8,704 nucleotides of DNA from a virus (taxonomy: Duplodnaviria; Heunggongvirae; Uroviricota; Caudoviricetes), in the IMG/VR virus record IMGVR_UViG_2609460344_000011, positions 1-8,704 of that record, one strand, 5' to 3'. The translations under genes were made by a program, and so were the position numbers. The notes under the pieces were generated by a model. That model worked only from the letters and a program-made list of their open reading frames with translations. It was not told the origin of the DNA and ran no database searches. Shown piece after piece: positions 5,967-8,704 of this stretch. Every line of letters starts with the position of its first letter. The first letter of the stretch is position 1.

Positions 5967-6584
5967 ATGGATAAAAATGTAGAGCATGTATTAGTTGATG
6001 CAATTGAAAATAAGCAATCTTTAACAGTCGTTTACTTAGGAGGGAGCCAGCCCGGAACATTAAGGAATATTTCTCCGATTAGTATAAATGGGGATAAATT
6101 GCGGGCAAGATGCCATAGTTCTGGAGCAGTAAAGGTTTTCAATCTTGGGAAAATACAGTTACCCAGTGACTCCTGCGCGGTATCTATGCACTATGGAGAT
6201 TTAGAAGTTAAAGCTTATGAGACGATGCAGAGCGTAAATGACAACTTTCATGCCCTTTATCCTGAAGGACGATGGGGTGTTGATTTTAATGAGCATCGCT
6301 TTGCTTTATTTGATTTTTTTAAAAACGGGAAACGAAAAAAAACGGCATTTATGGCAATTGAGTTCAGGGAAAGAGATGAAGAGAAAATAATAACAGGTGT
6401 AACAATTGATATTGGTATATCTGGAACAGTGATTTCTGAGAAGTCCCGAATCCCAAAAAGACGACCATGGGTAGTGGTTGGTCCCGAACACGGAGAATAC
6501 AGTACTTATTCAACTTTGGACAAGGCTGCTACAGCGTTTTTTGAGAGGCTTTCGTTGATAGCATCCGGCCTGGAAGATAATTGA
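5967..6584 (+). CDS. hypothetical protein (205 aa), AT-rich accessory gene of unknown function
   Basis: ATG 5967 with a perfect GGGAGG SD at 5956-5961; an alternative ATG at 5940 has no SD. No family recognised. Markedly AT-rich relative to the upstream genes (by eye). Hand count: 11 of 12 Arg codons are AGA/AGG/CGA/CGG and 6 of 14 Ile codons are ATA. Confidence 0.6.
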   Translation: MDKNVEHVLVDAIENKQSLTVVYLGGSQPGTLRNISPISINGDKLRARCHSSGAVKVFNLGKIQLPSDSCAVSMHYGDLEVKAYETMQSVNDNFHALYPEGRWGVDFNEHRFALFDFFKNGKRKKTAFMAIEFRERDEEKIITGVTIDIGISGTVISEKSRIPKRRPWVVVGPEHGEYSTYSTLDKAATAFFERLSLIASGLEDN

Positions 6585-6716
6585 TTTTATGTTTGGTATT
6601 CAGAGTTCGCCGTGCTTAAGAAAGTCAAGATTCTAAAAATACTGAATGAGCTACTTGTGTTATAACAAAAATGCTATTAGTGTGTTAAGAGTGGTTACTT
6701 CGCCACACAACTTAAC

Positions 6717-6738
6717 CCCGCCACTGAGCGGGTTTTTT
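6717..6738 (+). terminator. intrinsic terminator
   Basis: Stem CCCGC (6717-6721) / GCGGG (6728-6732), loop CACTGA, followed by T6 (6733-6738). Confidence 0.6.
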
Positions 6739-6788
6739 GTACCTGTAAACTTGGTGCAGTACAGTAAACACGCTGGTGGTCGTGAATA

Positions 6789-6815
6789 CTGGCTTTTTAT
6801 CTTGCTGGCTTTTTA
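6789..6815. repeat. 11-bp perfect direct repeat CTGGCTTTTTA x2 (candidate regulator-binding site)
   Basis: CTGGCTTTTTA at 6789-6799 and 6805-6815, a 16-bp centre-to-centre spacing, about 50-75 bp upstream of the ATG at 6863. Confidence 0.35.
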
Positions 6816-6862
6816 GACAAGAGTTATTGGTATGTCACGTTAACCGGAAAGGGTAAAAAGAC

Positions 6863-7060
6863 ATGCTGAAACAGCAGGATATGACAGAAACCGCCAGAGT
6901 TGTGTTTGATGAATTAAGCGTTACCGAACCGGCGACAGTCGGGGAGATTGCGCAGAATACTTACCTTTCACGCGAACGCTGCCAGTTAATACTGACCCAG
7001 CTTGTTATGGCGGGTCTGGCAGACTATCAGTGCGGTTGTTACAGACGCCTTCAGTCCTGA
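6863..7060 (+). CDS. hypothetical small protein (65 aa), possible winged-helix (PapI/FaeA-like) DNA-binding protein
   Basis: ATG 6863 with a weak purine-rich stretch GGAAAGGG upstream. A helix-turn-helix-like segment ATVGEIAQNTYLSRERCQLILTQLVMAGL. Bracketed by intrinsic terminators. Assignment is tentative. Confidence 0.4.
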   Translation: MLKQQDMTETARVVFDELSVTEPATVGEIAQNTYLSRERCQLILTQLVMAGLADYQCGCYRRLQS

Positions 7061-7073
7061 AGGCTTTTTATTT
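7047..7073 (+). terminator. intrinsic terminator overlapping the stop codon of the 65-aa ORF
   Basis: Stem GCCTTCA (7047-7053) / TGAAGGC (7058-7064), loop GTCC, followed by TTTTTATTT (7065-7073). Confidence 0.55.
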
Positions 7074-7194
7074 GTGGTGAATGGGCGGCTGGTGGGGGGG
7101 CGACACCTGTCAGTCCTTTGCTTATGTGTTGATGATAATTTACCTTTTGGGGCTATAATTGAGCTAACCAATTGCTAATGAAAGTAAAATTATA

Positions 7195-7908
7195 ATGGCT
7201 GTTGTCTGTTCAGTTATCATGGTTTGCTCCCCAATTAATATTTTTCTTGAAAAGGATACGTTGTCACTTAAGCCAGGCTCAGTTGTTCTGGCCACCAAAT
7301 GCATCAGGGAGCTTTTCCTTATGCATTATGGCAAAGTTAAAATTGTCGATATAAGCGAATCCGTCGTAAGTCAATATCTGGAAAGTCAGCATAAGCTGAC
7401 GAGGACTCGTCTGACTGACATTCCGCTTTACCTGTTGCTGGAACCCAACAATCCTGCGTTGGCTGCGGCTTTAATTACCAGCCAGGGATTTTCCGGAGAG
7501 GCCACGGATATGTTTCTTATGATGGCCTGCCTGTCTCTGTTTGAAACAGATGAACGGATGTCATTGTTTTTAAGTGGATGTTTATCCAGCATAAGTGCCA
7601 AAGTCAGGGCGATAATTCAGACAGATATATCAGCAAGCTGGACGCTTGGTGCGATTGCTCTACAGTTGCATATGAGTGAGAGTTTGTTAAAGACAAAACT
7701 GAAAAATGAAGGGGGCATGTTCAGTCGCTTGTTGCTGGAAGAGCGGATGCGTGTTGCTGTAAATATGTTATGTTCCCGGCATGGATATGGACAGGCTATA
7801 GCAGAAAAATGCGGTTATTCAAGCAGGTCCTACTTTATTTCTGTATTTCACCGCTATTATGGCTTCCCGCCAGACAGATATGTATCCAGGCAAGGGCTTG
7901 ATTATTGA
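7195..7908 (+). CDS. AraC-family transcriptional regulator (AppY/GadX/YdeO/Rns-like)
   Basis: C-terminal AraC-type HTH (WTLGAIALQLHMSESLLKTKLKNEGGMFSRLLLEERMRVAVNMLCSRHGYGQAIAEKCGYSSRSYFISVFHRYYGFPP). N-terminus MAVVCSVIMVC resembles the AppY-like subgroup as recalled. AT-rich, with 5 AGG, 1 AGA and 5 ATA codons by hand count. No clear SD; an alternative start is ATG 7219. Confidence 0.7.
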   Translation: MAVVCSVIMVCSPINIFLEKDTLSLKPGSVVLATKCIRELFLMHYGKVKIVDISESVVSQYLESQHKLTRTRLTDIPLYLLLEPNNPALAAALITSQGFSGEATDMFLMMACLSLFETDERMSLFLSGCLSSISAKVRAIIQTDISASWTLGAIALQLHMSESLLKTKLKNEGGMFSRLLLEERMRVAVNMLCSRHGYGQAIAEKCGYSSRSYFISVFHRYYGFPPDRYVSRQGLDY

Positions 7909-7936
7909 TTTTCATCTGATTATTATTTTTTGGCTC

Positions 7937-8012
7937 GGCCCTTTAGCTCAGTGGTGAGAGCGAGCGACTCATAATCGCCAGGTCGCTGGTTCAAATCCAG
8001 CAAGGGCCACCA
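7937..8012 (+). tRNA. tRNA with anticodon CAU, most likely tRNA-Ile2 (lysidine, reads AUA); generic annotation would be tRNA-Met
   Basis: Hand-folded cloverleaf: acceptor GGCCCTT/AAGGGCC, D-arm GCTC/GAGC, anticodon loop CTCATAA, T-arm GCTGG/CCAGC with TTCAAAT loop, encoded CCA. Close to E. coli ileX as recalled. Confidence 0.8.
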
Positions 8013-8019
8013 TCACATA

Positions 8020-8096
8020 CCGCCATTAGCTCATCAGGAAAGAGCGCCAGCCTTCGAAGCTGGCTGCGCGGGGTTCAAGTCCCCGATGGCGGTCCA
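8020..8096 (+). tRNA. tRNA-Arg, anticodon UCG (reads CGA/CGG)
   Basis: Acceptor CCGCCAT/ATGGCGG, D-arm GCTC/GAGC, anticodon stem CCAGC/GCTGG with loop CTTCGAA, T-arm CGGGG/CCCCG with TTCAAGT loop, encoded CCA. The C1-G72 first pair is unusual but the fold is complete. Confidence 0.75.
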
Positions 8097-8109
8097 TTAT
8101 CTGCATCAT

Positions 8110-8186
8110 GCGTTGTTAGCTCAGCCGGACAGAGCAATTGCCTTCTAAGCAATCGGTCACTGGTTCGAATCCAGTACAACGCGCCA
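8110..8186 (+). tRNA. tRNA-Arg, anticodon UCU (reads AGA/AGG), argU-like
   Basis: Acceptor GCGTTGT/ACAACGC, D-arm GCTC/GAGC, anticodon stem ATTGC/GCAAT with loop CTTCTAA, T-arm ACTGG/CCAGT with TTCGAAT loop, encoded CCA. Confidence 0.8.
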
Positions 8187-8200
8187 CACTTATTTTCCCT

Positions 8201-8227
8201 GGCTCGCTTTTGCGGGCCTTTTTTTTT
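8201..8227 (+). terminator. intrinsic terminator downstream of the tRNA cluster
   Basis: Stem GGCTCGC (8201-8207) / GCGGGCC (8212-8218) with one G-U pair, loop TTTT, followed by T9 (8219-8227). Confidence 0.65.
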
Positions 8228-8439
8228 AAATGTCTCACAATTCAGGCGGTTGACTGTTGTCTGGTTTGCGGGGAGTTTGTTAAAAGAAACTGGCATGGTG
8301 AATCCCCCTGTGCGGAGGGGCAATCAGCAACTGGTGTTTTGTCACCGACCCTTATCCTTTCTGTGCGGGTTCAGGTGCTGATACTGAACTCACCGGGAGG
8401 CACCCGGCACCATGCAATGGCACATAGCGCCACTCTCCA

Positions 8440-8463
8440 GCCCCTCTCCGGAGGGGCTTTCTT
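8440..8463 (+). terminator. GC-rich hairpin with weak T-rich tail (possible attenuator or terminator)
   Basis: Stem GCCCCTC (8440-8446) / GAGGGGC (8451-8457), loop TCCG, followed by TTTCTT. Confidence 0.35.
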
Positions 8464-8469
8464 ATGGAC

Positions 8470-8497
8470 AAAAAAATCCCGCGCTGGGAGACGCGGG
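8470..8497 (-). terminator. candidate minus-strand intrinsic terminator
   Basis: Stem CCCGCG (8478-8483) / CGCGGG (8492-8497) with an 8-nt loop, preceded on the + strand by A7 (8470-8476). On the minus strand this reads hairpin then U7. Confidence 0.35.
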
Positions 8498-8691
8498 CGG
8501 CAAGGAATAAACAACAAAACGTGAAGTAATATTTCAGTTGGCGAATAATATCCGACAGTAATCACTCTGCGCAATAGCGCGGCCTTTTTCGTATTGCGGG
8601 CTGTTGTCTATCTTCTGCCATTATCCTGTAACTTCCGGACTTCAGCCCGCTCCTCATTTTACTCACAATATTATCCAGGCCGGGAGGATTC

Positions 8692-8704
8692 ATGGCATTT
8701 AAAC
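8692..8704 (+). CDS. 5' end of an unidentified gene running out of the window (begins MAFK)
   Basis: ATG 8692 preceded by GGGAGG at 8681-8686 with 5-nt spacing. Only 4 codons are visible. Confidence 0.3.

Noticed and set aside
8075-8574. ORFs 8138-8524 (+), 8075-8323 (-) and 8371-8574 (-)
   Set aside because: They overlap the tRNA genes and terminator hairpins, lack ribosome-binding sites, and their translations are low-complexity; treated as non-coding.
1-8704. CRISPR array, IS element or transposase, integrase or att site, stx toxin genes
   Set aside because: No regularly spaced repeat-spacer array, no terminal inverted repeats with a transposase ORF, no integrase-like ORF, and no stxA/stxB-like ORF is present in this window, despite the Stx-phage-like Q-tRNA context.

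Overview
This window reads as a segment of a lambdoid prophage from an enterobacterial (E. coli-like) genome, with every supported gene on the + strand. In order: a Rha-family regulator, a small hypothetical, an O-like replication initiator with iteron-like repeats inside the gene, a PerC-like regulator, a phage Dam-type N6-adenine methyltransferase, a LexA N-terminal-domain-only homologue, RusA, a consensus LexA/SOS box, a KilA-N protein, a DUF968/HNH-like protein and a Q-like antiterminator. Downstream of Q lies an AT-rich accessory (moron) block (205-aa unknown protein, 65-aa winged-helix-like protein, AraC-family regulator), then three tRNA genes (Ile2/Met-CAU, Arg-UCG, Arg-UCU), a terminator, a hairpin-rich non-coding stretch and the start of another gene at 8692. 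The layout matches the Q-to-tRNA region of Stx-type phages, but no stx gene lies in the window. The strongest novelty candidates are (1) the AT-rich cargo block, whose 205-aa protein uses almost exclusively the rare Arg/Ile codons read by the three adjacent phage tRNAs, and (2) an SOS-linked circuit: a phage LexA-DBD-only homologue plus a perfect LexA box in front of the KilA-N/DUF968 pair. All calls are from reading the sequence and recalled family signatures; no database search was run.
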